64,000 nucleotides of DNA from Narcine bancroftii (taxonomy: Eukaryota). The notes beneath the pieces are model-generated. The model saw only the letters and a list, made by a program, of their open reading frames with translations, did no database searches and had not been told where the DNA came from. Shown here piece by piece: positions 25,891 to 37,936 of the stretch (positions within the stretch are counted from its first letter, which is position 1; each line of letters opens with the position of its first letter). The stretch lies in assembly GCF_036971445.1 (NCBI RefSeq), contig NC_091480.1, positions 81,902,001-81,966,000 of the forward strand, in the 5' to 3' direction. The translations under genes were made by a program, and so were the position numbers.

Positions 25891-26639
25891 GGTGGAGCAG
25901 GTTCGATGGTCGACTCCAGGTTCAACCAAATCCATCCTTCCAACAGTCCCCATCTGATAAGCTGCTACTTGTATTACTCTTTCCTGACCCCTTCGCTGTC
26001 TCGCACTCATCCTGTTCTCCCAGTACTATGGTCCTTACCCATCTTGTGTGTGTGCAAAGCATATGAGCTGCTGTATTCTGCCTCAGCAGCAGTGGTCCCA
26101 CACAAAACATCCAAGACCTCACGCACTGCTCAAAGAGATGTGGAAAATATACACAGGTGTGGGCTTCCACCTTTCAGTATTAGCCAGTTGTCTCCCCCCC
26201 CCCCCCCAACTCCCTCTGCCCCTGCGCCCTGATTTGTTAAACCTTTCCTTCATACATCCATGGTGACTGTCTAATCTCATTGGTGCCTCAAGGTGTCCTG
26301 AGGGTATAATCCAAATTCCAGCTGCCTGCTTTTTCTCCACTGATGATGTTAGCCTCTTGTCTAAGAGGCCCAGCTTTTCCTCTCCTCTTTGTTTTAAATT
26401 AGTGTGATTACATAAAAAGAATAGAGAATTTGGAGAGTGAAGAATTCTGGGAGTGCCCCAGGGCACTTCCTTTACCACTCTGGAATGCATGTCATGGTTC
26501 CTCTCGAAGTTGTTGTCCTTCAGCTTCATTAATTCCTGAGCAGTTTGTTTACTAATAACTGTCTTTTGTTCAGGGTTGTTTAGTTTTATGTGGGCATAGT
26601 GTTCTGTACAGACAAGTGGGCTGTTCGACATGTTCCTAT

Positions 26640-27144
26640 TCTTTTCTTTGGCTTGGCTTCGCGGACGAAGATTTATGGAGGGGGTAAAAAGTCCACGTCA
26701 GCTGCAGGCTCGTTTGTGGCTGACCAGTCCGATGCGGGACAGGCAGACACGGTTGCAGCGGCTGCAGGGGAAAATTGGTTGGTTGGGGTTGGGTGTTGGG
26801 TTTTTCCTCCTTTGCCTTTTGTCAGTGAGGTGGGCTCTGCGGTCTTCTTCAAAGGAGGCTGCTGCCCGCCAAACTGTGAGGCGCCAAGATGCACGGTTTG
26901 AGGCGTTATCAGCCCACTGGCGGTGGTCAATGTGGCAGGCACCAAGAGATTTCTTTAGGCAGTCCTTGTACCTTTTCTTTGGTGCACCTCTGTCACGGTG
27001 GCCAGTGGAGAGCTCGCCATATAATACGATCTTGGGAAGGCGATGGTCCTCCATTCTGGAGACGTGACCCATCCAGCGCAGCTGGATCTTCAGCAGCGTG
27101 GACTCGATGCTGTCGACCTCTGCCATCTCGAGTACCTCGATGTT
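26640..27144 (-). mobile_element. RTE-clade LINE, 5'-truncated (copy 2)
   Basis: Open C-terminal ORF LRWMGHVSRMEDHRLPKIVLYGEL...CSRCNRVCLSRIGLVSHKRAC. TSD ATGTTCCTAT at 26630-26639 and 27140-27149. Confidence 0.92.
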
Positions 27145-28257
27145 CCTATACTTTACTAGTTTCCCCCTTTCTTCAGACCCTTGGTACACCAGCATATCGA
27201 GATGGTTATTTGTGTCGTCTGCACAGACAGAACTAAAGGACATGTTCATTCACTATTTCTTGGTTTCCTATGGTAATTTATGCATCCCTGACTCTGAAAA
27301 CATCTACCTTTTTTTTTCTTTTCACGTCTATAGCAGCCTTTACAGCCAGTGATTATGTTCCCTGCATATTTTCTCTTGTATTTCTCCCTCCCTTCCCCCC
27401 CTTCCACCCTCATTCTTGCTAACTTCCTTTGAAGGTAGGAAGGGGCCTGCATAAAATAAACCTTCTTCCCCTGGCCTCTGATACTTCCAATTGTTCCTGA
27501 GCTGTCTCCTCTTGTCACAGTACTGCCTCTCAGAACAATCTTTCATATATTTCTTTCATGAAATAGTAAAGCAGGGCTTCCAGGTCTACCTCAACAATGT
27601 CACCTTCACTGGTTAACTACGCTCATCCCAGTTTGTCCACACAGATGCATTATATGCTCCAAGTATCTGTGTAAATGCCTTTTAATCATTCTTATTGTAT
27701 CTGTCTTCTCTGGCAGCTCATTTTATTCACCCACCACCCTTGTGTGGAAAAACTCACCTTTCAAATCTTTACATTTCTTCCATCTCACCATAGGCCTCTG
27801 CCCTCTAGCTTTAAAGTCACTGCAATTTTTGAACAGCTGAATCCAAGCTCCTCAATCTTCTGAAGAACAACCCTAGCCTTTGCTTCCTCTGGTAACTGAG
27901 GTTCCCCAGTGCCCTCCAGTTGTGTTCAGATAGAAACAGTCCAATGTCTGAGCTGCTGTTTGAATAAAGGAGATGTAAACATAGCATCCCGATTCCTTCA
28001 TTCTGACCCCTTGAAACCAGTCCACATCAAATCACAGCGTCTGGGAATTTGATTCCAGTTCCTGACAGTGTAGTCAGTCGTCACATGTCCAAACACGCTA
28101 CCTGCTGAGGCTCCAGATCCATGTCTGGAGTCTTAACACTAACTCCTGCATCTCTGGAGGTTCTGATGTTACAGCAACAAATGATGGAATCTTAAGGGGA
28201 GGATGATTTGGGTTGTAATAGTGAGCAGCAAGTTCGATGATTATCTGACTGTACATT

Positions 28258-28693
28258 CTTCTTCTTCTTTCTTTTCTTTCTTTCTTTGGCTTGGCTTCGT
28301 GGACGAAGATTTATGGAGGGGTATGTCCAGGTCTGCTGCAGGCTCATTGGTGACTGACAAGTCCGATGCGGGACAGGCAGGCGCGGTTGCAGGGGAAAAT
28401 TGGTTGGTTGGGGTTGGGTGTTGGGTTTTTCCTCCTTTGTCTTTTGTCAGTGAGGTGGGCTCTGCGGTCTTCTTCAAAGGAGGTTGCTGCCCGCCGAACT
28501 GTGAGGCGCCAAGATGCACGGTTGGAGGCGATATCAGCCCACTGGCGGTGGTCAATGTGGCAGGCACCAAGAGATTTCTTTAAGCAGTCCTTGTACCTCT
28601 TCTTTGGTGCACCTCTGTCTCAGTGGCTAGTGGAGAGCTCACCATATAACACGATCTTGGGAAGGCCATGGTCCTCCATTCTGGAGACGTGAC
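28258..28693 (-). mobile_element. RTE-clade LINE, 5'-truncated (copy 3)
   Basis: Same family with a (GAA)n-type tail. TSD TGACTGTACATT at 28246-28257 and 28690-28701. Confidence 0.92.
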
Positions 28694-28779
28694 TGTACAT
28701 TACAATCCGATGAAACAGCATTTCTCAAGACCATAGTGCATACACAATACACTGTACATAATATACTTTATCATATCAG

Positions 28780-29930
28780 CCTAAGAGCCTGCAGTCCTGA
28801 TTTTGATGCTTCTGTACTTCCTTCTTGATGGTGGTGGGTCAAAGATGCTGTGTGCTCAATGGAAAAGGTCCTCTATAATTATGAGCCCTATTTAACCAAC
28901 ACTCCCAGAAAATGTCAATAGAGGAAAGAGAGACCCCAGTGATCTCTCAGCTGTTTTGATGTTCCTCTTTATTAACTTCCAGTCCAATGCTTTGCAGCTT
29001 ACCATTTCACACAATGATGCAGCCAAACAGTACACTCTCAATTGTGTTCCTATAAAAGATTATCAAGATGAGGGCTGGTAGCTTTACCCTCCTCAGCCTC
29101 CTTAGGAAGTGCTGCGCCTTCCTGACTAATGAAGAGGCGATATGGGTCCAGGATAGGTCATCCTTTATATTCACACCAATGAATTTTAAACCTGTACATC
29201 ATTATTACCAATGAGCCCAACTAGCGTTGGATCATCCATAAAGTTGATGATTCTGTTAGAACATCAAGGCAGCAATATGAACAGTAGCGGGCTGAGCATG
29301 CAGCCCTGAGGTGCTTAACATGATGAGTCTAAAGGTTTTGCTGCAACCTGGACAGATTGTGGTCTTTCTGTCAAGAAGTCCAGAATCCAGTTGCAAAGAG
29401 GGGTGACAGTTTATCCATCAGTTTCTCAGGTATGATCTTGTTGAATGTCGAGCTGAAGTCAATGAACAAAAACATGGCATATGAGGCATCGTTCTCTAGG
29501 TGGGTCAGGACAGAAAGGGGCGGGGGAGTCAAGGCTATAACATCTGTAGACTGGTTTGGATGGTAGGCTTTCTGGAATGGGCCCACCAACATCACTGGAA
29601 GGTACAATTTGGTGCATTCCATTACCAGTTGCTCAAAGCACTTCGTGTTCGTAGAGGTCAGTGCCACTCATTTAGGCCACATAACATTTTTCCTTTGGGC
29701 ACTGTGGCTGTCTTGAATCCTGTGGGAACAGTGAACTGCTGCAATGAGATGTTGCAGATGTCCATTTCGACCTCTGTCAGCTGGGCTGCATGGTCTTTCA
29801 GCACCTGACCACGTGTGTTGTCTGGACCTGCTGCTTTGTGTGGGTTCACCCTGAATAGGATCCTCACTTCAGCCACAGTTATGTTGGGTGGCTGTTCTTC
29901 AGGGGGAAAGGCTTTATTTAATATCACATT
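28780..29930 (-). mobile_element. Decayed Rex1/Babar-type LINE RT fragment
   Basis: Minus-strand peptides KAAGPDN, TKCFEQLV and MFLFIDFSSTFNKIIP. Boundaries approximate. Confidence 0.75.
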
Positions 29931-30019
29931 GTTTTTCTGTAGCAGCTACACCAATTGGATAATATATTAACAGGAGCTCTCTTTCTCACTGCACCTTCCC
30001 CTCCCTTGTCCCCTCTCAG

Positions 30020-30083
30020 CTTTCTGGTTGATGACAGTCTCCATCTTATCACTGCGATGGCCGATTATCGGAAGGAGGAGTGA
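30020..30083 (+). CDS. PGAP3: PGAP3 last coding exon (exon 8)
   Basis: Long pyrimidine tract plus CAG. Phase 2 completes Ser, then FLVDDSLHLITAMADYRKEE-TGA, matching the FLxDDSL ending of PGAP3. Joined CDS is 969 nt, 322 aa. Confidence 0.9.
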
Positions 30084-30797
30084 TCTGGTGGTGGTCACGA
30101 CCATTGAAGGGAATGAGACTAAATGTGACACTGCTTATATCGAATCCTTCCTGGTGTGTGAGCCTTCGGGTAAGGTTGGAACCGAAGGAGTAATCCGGCA
30201 TCAAAAATGAAGGTAATTTTTGGTGAAGAGTTTGATTCAAGGTGTGAAGATCCGCGATGAAATTTAACTTGGGGTTAAAGTGTGTGCAGTCCCGATCTCT
30301 GCCACTGAGTGGCACCAGATGTCTTGACTTTGCTGCCACCATTAGTTTACGAGCAGACATGAGGAACCCCAAGGGCCGCCGCTTGTCCCCTCTCCCCGTG
30401 GCCTATCCCATTGTGTGGCACCTTCTCAATCCCAAAAAATTCACTGAAGCCCTAAGCTGCCTTCTGCGCCCCAGTGTTCATCTGTGCCAGACTGGATTCT
30501 TTATATTCTGTAGTGTCACATTCAATGCTTCAGGGTCAGCCCAGGAAATGGCTCTCATCTGTCTTAACCTTTTTTTCACCCTCTGGGCCATCTGCTTCTG
30601 AATGCCAGCAGCACATCCCCTGCATTATGTTTGCCTCCCGTAAATCCTCATTTTCCCCCACCTCCAGCTCTGTTTCTCCCACCTGCCATTGTCATCCACC
30701 TTCCCTCTTGGAGTTTCCAGTGACCCTGAACTGTCTAAGTCCTGAATGGTAAACTGCACTCATTGAATGTAAGAAAAATATTTTGAATAACCCATTG

Positions 30798-30803
30798 AAT
30801 AAA
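30798..30803 (+). terminator. Candidate PGAP3 polyadenylation signal AATAAA
   Basis: First canonical hexamer noticed after the stop codon, followed by U-rich sequence. Confidence 0.45.
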
Positions 30804-32139
30804 TTCTGGTAATTTTTAATTGTATAATTGTTGCTGAGTCAGAATTTTTGCCTTCCAACCCAAGCTGTGAGCATCTTCTCCCCGCCAGATCTCTGCAGTT
30901 GCTGGGAATAGCTGCTCCCTCTACGTGCAGGTGAGGGGAGGACATTAATCCCAGCTGTGATTCCCAATTCTAAACCCGTGTAACTGAGACAATCCCGTTT
31001 TTCAGCCTTTTGTAATTTGATTTTCAAAGTGCCCAACTCCTGGAAGTAGTTTCCAAAACAATCTGGTGTTTGACTTTGGATTTATTCTAGACCATTTCAC
31101 AGTAATGTTGTTCACACACAAAAGGGACATGGCCAAAGCTTTGCAAGTGTGCTGTGTAAAATAATACATTACATAACTATTGAATTAGTCTGCCTACCTC
31201 TGGATTCAGTCAGTCATTGCACGAAGCTGGAGCATGTTTTAATTCCACACGTCTGCAGCAAATATCTAGTAGTTAGATGGAGCGGTGGACTACAGAAGTT
31301 TTAGAGCTATAAGGAGATCTTGGAAAAGCCTGGGATCATTACTTGGACTGTCAGGGTGAGCAGATGATCACATCCTCTGGGAATATGACAGCAGAACCAA
31401 AGGGAACCATAGTTGCTCTGTGATTGAAAAGGGATTACTTAAGGTAGTATGTGAGTGGAATAAATAGGTTGAGAACCACTGCCCCAGTGCCGACAGACTC
31501 GGTATATAATGCACAGTTAAGGAATAGCAGAGGATTAGACCATTCAGAGGCTAATTCTTTACCTGAAGTGTGTTAGCACATTCAGGATATATAATAGGTT
31601 TCCTATTCTGTGGACTCAGTGGTAACTTTTCAAAGGGAATTGAACAAATTAATGAAAGAAACAAATTTCCTACATGTGTTTGGTGTATCCAGGAAGGGTC
31701 ACTACCGGGCATCTCAAGGCTGACACTGGTTGGAGGGCTGTATTTTTTGGTGCCCAGAGTTGGTGTGTGGAAAGGAGTGGTCAAGCAGGCCTCTGAGCTG
31801 GGCCAGTATGTTGCCTGTTTAGATGCTGCTGGGCCAGTATGTTGCTTGTTTAGATGCTGGTGACAGCCACGCAGAATAGTTGTGCACTGTTGGTTTGGAC
31901 CTGTGCTGTTGCAAATCTTTAGTTTGCGCTACGCTGTAGTGTTCCATCCTCAATGGCATGGGAATTGGACCCAGTGGGTGGAATAATCGATCAGCAGTGG
32001 TTTGAGCATTTACTCCTTTCCAGGTGGGAAAGTGGAGGGTGGAAAAAGGTACCCTTGCACTATTGAAGCTGTGATGTGGAGTTAGAACTCACTTCTATCG
32101 GTAATAAAGGGAATACTAAGATTTTTCCTGCCTCTGAAT

Positions 32140-32575
32140 TTACATGTGATAGGAGGTCCTGAGATGGAACAGGTAGGTGTCTAACACAGGCTGTGAGTCT
32201 TTGGTCTCGGGAAGGAACAGGTCTGACACAGGATATGAGTTTCTGTCCCAGGAAGGAATGGGTCTGAAATGGAATGTGAGTCTGTGGTCCTGAGAAGGAA
32301 CAGGTCTCACACTGGATGTAAGTCACAGTCCTGGGAAGGAATGGGTCTTACACAGCATGTGATCTCTGTCCCGGGAAGGAACAAGTCTGACAAGGAATGC
32401 GAGTCTGTGGTCCCAGAAACGAGCCATAAGAGCCCCAAGCTCTGACACGGGATTCATGTTTCTGTCCTGGGAAGGAACGGGTTTGACATGGGATGTGAGT
32501 CTTTGATCCTGGGAAGCAACGGGTCTAAGACGGGATGTGAATCTCTATCCCGGAAAGGGACAGGTCTCTGACACG
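32140..32575. repeat. Degenerate ~40-42 bp minisatellite (GGAAGGAACAGGTCTGACACAGGATGTGAGTCTGTGGTCC-like), about 10 units
   Basis: Recurring GGAAGGAA(C/T) and GATGTGAGTCT motifs at regular spacing. Confidence 0.85.
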
Positions 32576-32892
32576 AGTTGCACTGAGTTTGCGTTGAGTG
32601 GTTCTCTGACCAACGTCTCACAGAGTAATTGAAGGAGTGACTAAAATAACTTGTTCTTGATGTAGAGTGACTGGGACAATGAACTGACCCCAGGCCCTTC
32701 TAGGACTGACCTAATCAATGTGGAATTGGAGAGAGTAAGTTGAAGTTTTATGGGGAATTAGGAGAGGAAAAACTGTTCGAGACGAGATGGATAGAATGGC
32801 CTCCTATGTTTATAAGATAAGCAAATAGTCAGTTTTACTGCATTTGTGGTGTAAAATGTGAGATCACTTGCAAAAAACTAAGCACACCCAGA

Positions 32893-33319
32893 TCAGATCT
32901 TTTGGGCTTGGAGATAAAATACTCCACTCACATCATCGACCCCAATTTTTAACTCTGGTGGCATGGTGTATGTTTTAAAGACACAAATTCTGTAGCCAGA
33001 CTTGCTGACTGCCTCCTTCACGTAATCTTCATCGATGGGAACGACAGCGAGTTTCACCTCTCCAGCCAGGTAATAGGACTCGCCCAAGGCACCAATCATC
33101 AGGAGGAAACCACCAGGTCTCAGCAGTGAAGTGATGTTGCTCAGAGCACGTTCCAGCGATTGCTTATCAGGGCACACCGACTCCAGGCAGAAGGTAGTGC
33201 TGATGGCGTCAACCAGCTCCAGCACCCGTGGGTGCACAGGGTCTGGCTTCATGATGTCACAGTGACAGACGTCCTTGATGGTCTCCCGCATTCTCTGCTC
33301 CTTTGCCTGCCACTGGTCA
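32893..33319 (-). CDS. PNMT: PNMT (phenylethanolamine N-methyltransferase) coding exon 3
   Basis: TGTGCAG acceptor. Encodes DQWQAKEQRMR...STTFCLESV...LRPGGFLLMIGALGESYYLAGE...YTMPP...GVDDVSGVFYLQAQKI-TGA. The PNMT-type FCLE, ESxY and GVDDV motifs are present. Confidence 0.95.
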
Positions 33320-33749
33320 CTGCACAGAAGCTCATGACATTACTGATGGTTCCCCCATCAATCACTTCCCACCTCTCACCAGCAGGCAAAAGCTGCTCTA
33401 CCATATTGACATTATCTATGGCCTCTCATGAAGTGTCGGCAGAATTTTTTAGATTTAGACATAGACCATGGTAACAGGCCCTTCTGGCCCACGAGCCCAT
33501 GCCACCCAATTTACCTACAAACCCCGTACATTTTTGAAGATGGAAAAGAGAATGCCCAGAGGAAATGGGGAGAACGTACAAACTCCACAAGGGGTTCAAA
33601 CCCTGGTCCGATCCTGATTGCTGACGCTGTAAAGGCGTTGTGCTAACTACTTCTCCAACCATGAAAGAAACTCCTTACAGACTGTGGCAGATTTGAACCT
33701 GGTTCACTGGCGCTGTAACAGTGTTGCACTAACCATGCTGCCCCAGAAT

Positions 33750-34800
33750 GGAAGTGGCTAATGAGCCGGTGTTTAAATCAGACAACATGGACAAGCCAGG
33801 GAACTACAGGCCACTGAGGCTGACGTCAGATGTGGAAGGTTGCTGGAGGGGATTGTGAGGGACAGGGCCTATCAGCATTTGGATAGGAATGGACTGATTG
33901 GAAGTTGTCGGCATGGTTCTTTGTGTGAGTGAGCGTATCCCATGAAACTGGTGACAGAGTTTTGAAGAGGTGACCAAGAGGATTAATGAAGGTAGGGTGG
34001 TGGGCGGTGTATATGTGGATTTGAGCAAGGCTTCTGACAAGGTTTGGCCTGGCAGGTTAAATCACATGGGATGTAAAGGAAGCTGTCCCATTGAATTTCA
34101 GATTGGTGAGCTGTTGGGATCCATTACTGGATCCACTGTTATCCACATTAAGGATTTGGATGGCAGTGTGTTTAACATGATTGTGGTGGTGGTGTAATGC
34201 TCAGTGAGGAAAGATATCTAAATTTACAACAGGATCTAGATCAGTTGGGAAGGAGATACAAATGGAATGTATCTCTGAGAAGTGTGAGGTGTTGCACTTT
34301 GGTCAGTCAACCAGGGCAGGCCTTGTACATAGTGGGGCTTGAGAACAGAGACTTGGCAAACAGGTGTATTGTTCCCTGAAAATGACAACCCACGTGAAGA
34401 AGTAAAAATACAATGCTGGAGTAACTCAGCAGGTCAAACAATGTACTTTATATAGCAAAGATAAAGTTACATAACCCAATGTTTCGAACTTAAGCACATA
34501 GGCACTCTGTGGTTAGCAAGGGATTATTTAAACTGGTATGTGAGTGGGGGGGGGGGGGGGGGGGGAACAAAACACTGAGAACCACTGGTTTAAGGTGAGA
34601 GGGGAGAGATTTAAGACAGACCCAAGGAGCAACTTCATCACACAGAGGGCGGACCGTATCTGGAATGAGCTACCAGCGGAACCTACAGAAATTGTACAAT
34701 GACATCATTCAAAAGACCTTTGGACAGATGCATTGACAGGAGATGTTTCAAAGGATATGAATCAAATGGAGACACATGGAACGGGCCCAGATGCCAGCAG
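33750..34800 (+). mobile_element. Heavily decayed CR1 fragments with nested small repeats in PNMT intron 2
   Basis: Peptides PGNYRP, YVDLSKASDKV and LQQDLDQL. Boundaries approximate. Confidence 0.65.
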
Positions 34801-35780
34801 TTTAAATGCCCATCAAATCTTTCCCTCCCTCCAATCATGAACTGATTATTTTCCCACTCAGCCCCATTGCCTGGCCTTCTTCCCATAACTTTTGATGCCC
34901 TGGCTAATTAAGAATCTATCAATCTTTCCCTTAAATACATCCAATGGCCTGGGCTCCACGACCACCCGTGGCAACAAATTCCACAGATTTACTACCTATC
35001 TGGCTGGAAAAAAATTCCTCCACATCTCTGCTCTGTGTTGGATGACTGATGACCTCAACCCTGTACCTCGCGTAACCTTCTATCTGCTTACTTTTCAAAA
35101 TTCTACAATAAAACCTTAGCCTTAAAAATACTTAAAACATTGTGCTTCCATCCTCCCCACCCTCTTTCACAAAGACTCGCCACCCTCTGAGAGGACATTT
35201 TCACCTTACCCCTGAGTTAATAAGTAGATGACAGTAATTTTTAAAATATCGTTGGGTTCTAGGTTCTCCCAGAAGAGGAAGCATCTTCCATATCTCCACT
35301 CTAACCAGACCCCTTGGGCTCTTGGTGTTTTTATAATCCCTCCTCTCAATTTTCTAAACTTCAGTGGATGTAATCCCAGCCCATCCACCCATTCCACTTT
35401 CTTTGAACTACTTACAAAATTTACAGGGGTACATTGGAATATTTGAGCTGGAAGGGCCTGTTACCATGTTGTATGTCTAAATTTAATGTCCTTCCTTAAA
35501 TGAGGAGATTAACACTGTACATAGTACCCTCCCTGTGGTCTCACCACTGCAGCCTGTGTCCAGATACCCGGTATAATTCTGAACTTGACCCCACACTGAA
35601 TCTCCCTTCAACTGTCTTCAACCACTAACCCTGACCACCCCTCTCCCCTACACTGATCAACGTAGACACTTAATCTGACTGCACAAATCCATCATAAACC
35701 CATTGGCCATTCACATAACCCCTTCACATTGAGCACCACCACCACCTCACCACCCCCACCCCCCCTCCAAGAGAACTCAC

Positions 35781-35988
35781 CTCTTGCCCTCCAGGCTGCA
35801 CACATACTTGATGAAGGGGCTCCAGTCGAAAGCACCAGGCTCTGCCCGCAGCCACTTGCCCAGCTCCTGCCGATTGGCCTCCAGATAGTCTGACATGATG
35901 ATGGTGGTGAAGTAGTCACAGGCACTAATCACCTGGTAGAGGGTGGGCCCAGAGCCGATGTCCAGGAGGGTTTGGCCTCTGATCTCAC
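35781..35988 (-). CDS. PNMT: PNMT coding exon 2
   Basis: TTTTGTCTGCAG acceptor. Encodes EIRGQTLLDIGSGPTLYQVISAC...SDYLEANRQEL...GAFDWS...CSLEGK, including SAM-binding motif I. Donor AG|GTGAGT. 208 nt. Confidence 0.96.
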
Positions 35989-36396
35989 CTGCAGACAAAA
36001 CACCAGCCTGGATACAGCCACCTCTGTGGGTGAGAGGCTGGATGGAGAGGGGAACAGGTACCCCTAATGTCTGCTCTTACAGGTCTGTAACCCCACACCC
36101 CCTACACGTCTGTATCCCCCACACCTCCCACACCTGTCTGTGTCCCACACCCCTTACACCTGTCCGTATCCCCCACTCCTGCTACATCTGTCCGTATTCC
36201 CCCATCCCCTATATCTGTCCCTGTACATCCACCCACACTGATCCCCACCCACCCATAGTGAGGGGTTGCTGATCCCACCCACCCATGCCAAGAGGTCGTT
36301 GCCCCACCCACCCACATCGAGGTGCCTGACCCCTCGTGGACTCTGGACAATCATCCCCTCTCCCCACCATCTGGTCACCCCCAATCTGCCTCTGAC

Positions 36397-36568
36397 CTGT
36401 GGAGAAGGAGGCTGCGAAGCAGCGGAGCTTCCATGGGACCACGCTGTCCTCTCTGTCGAAGTTGGCTCTGGGACTGGTGTAGTTGTTCTGCAGATAAGCG
36501 CGAGGGTTGAAGAGCTGGTACCTATCTGCACAATGTGACATCCTTCCTGTGGTACCGCTGTTGGTCAT
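36397..36568 (-). CDS. PNMT: PNMT coding exon 1 (start ATG at 36568, alternative ATG at 36541)
   Basis: Encodes YQLFNPRAYLQNNYTSPRANF...VVPWKLRCFAASFST(G), diagnostic of PNMT rather than NNMT/INMT. Donor G|GTCAGA. The start codon choice is uncertain. Confidence 0.9.
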
Positions 36569-36632
36569 GTTAGTGCTACACACAGTCTCCACTATCTGGT
36601 GATGGAACGGCCAATCACACTGTCTGGTGAGT

Positions 36633-36745
36633 GCAGTGACCAATCACTGCCCAGCAAATCCACAGTGACCAGGCACTGCCCAGCAAGTCTGCAGTGACCA
36701 GTCACTGTCAAGTGAGTCTGCAGGGACTGATCACTCTGCCCAGAG
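36633..36745. repeat. Four degenerate 29-bp tandem units with internal palindrome GCAGTGA-N4-TCACTGC
   Basis: Units start at 36633, 36662, 36691 and 36720. Confidence 0.8.
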
Positions 36746-36813
36746 CCACACTGGTAGCTGCTGGATTCTCCACAGGGCTCTGCAGAGTGATGTCTGTAGC
36801 TGATGTTGGGGCA

Positions 36814-36819
36814 TTTATA
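36814..36819 (-). promoter_or_regulatory. Candidate TATA box of PNMT
   Basis: Minus strand GGTATAAATGCC, about 250 bp upstream of the first in-frame ATG. Confidence 0.6.
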
Positions 36820-36854
36820 CCTCTGAGAATCACAGCTCAGGGCAGGCTTCAGAA

Positions 36855-37008
36855 TGATTTCATTAGCGAGATTAAGGAGTTTGGTAAACAGTGTTATCAG
36901 TGATAGAGATCACTAGCACCCTGCAGGCTGAGCACAAATTGGTGTAATTGTGCTGTAAATGTGGTGCAGTTGGAGCAGTTGACAGGGCAGTATTTATCTG
37001 TTCAGTGA
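36855..37008. repeat. 154-bp block directly duplicated at 40977..41130
   Basis: Ungapped alignment by eye gives 7 mismatches in 154 bp. Confidence 0.95.
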
Positions 37009-37936
37009 TTAGGATTTTGTGAAGCAGACACTGCAAGAAAAAGCATTGGAGAAGCAATGATGGAGAACATAGAACAGTAGAGGCCCTTCAGCCCACAATG
37101 TTATGCCAACCTTTATAAACATACTCAACAATCTGAACCTTCCCTCCTTCACACACATAACCCTCTATTTTTTTCATCCATATGCCCAAGTCTTTTTTTA
37201 AAAGGGCAGCACAATTAACACACCAGCGATCAGGTCCGGGGTTTGAATCCAGCTCTCTCTCTAAGAAGTTTGTACGTTCTCCCCGTGTCTGCGAGGGTTT
37301 AACCCAGGGGCTCCAGTTTCCTCTCACCATTCAAAACGTACCGGGGTTGTAGGTTAATTAGATGTAATTGGGTGGCATGGGCTCGTGGGGCGAAAGGGCC
37401 TGTTACTGTGCTGTAGGTCTAAATTGTACCAGCCTCCTGCACTGCATTTCAGGCCCCCACTACTCTGTGCAAAAAATGGACCCTGACACCTCTCCTCACC
37501 TTAAACAGATGTCCTCTGGTATTAGTGATTGCTGCCCTGGGGAAAAGGTGCTGGCTCTCCACCCTGTCTTTACTGACCCAATCCTGCCTCTTTGGAAAAT
37601 GTCAGGAAAGATAAACTGCAGAAAATTACCATTTGAACAGGAAACTACCTCATTCCTGGACCTTCTCCCGATCCAGAGAACAGTACAGCATAGGAACAGG
37701 CCCACATGTCTGAGCCAAAACTCTGCTAATTGTACACGATCCATATCCCTCTATTCCCTGCATGTTCCAATGTCTTTAGATGCCTTTTAAACACTAGAAT
37801 TGTATCTACTTTCCACCACGATCCAGGAATCTACCCTCCCTTTCTGTGTATAAAAACTTGCCCCCAACACCCACATTAAATGCATGTCCTCTAGTCTGTG
37901 ACATTACCCTAGGGAAAAGATTCTGACTGTCTACCC

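Noticed and set aside
31797-31859. Two-copy ~30-bp direct repeat (GCTGGGCCAGTATGTTGC.TGTTTAGATGCT)
   Set aside because: Ordinary slippage duplication with no further structure.
36569-36643. N-terminal extension of PNMT suggested by the ORF track
   Set aside because: It begins at a non-ATG codon and has no PNMT similarity. The first in-frame ATG is at 36568.
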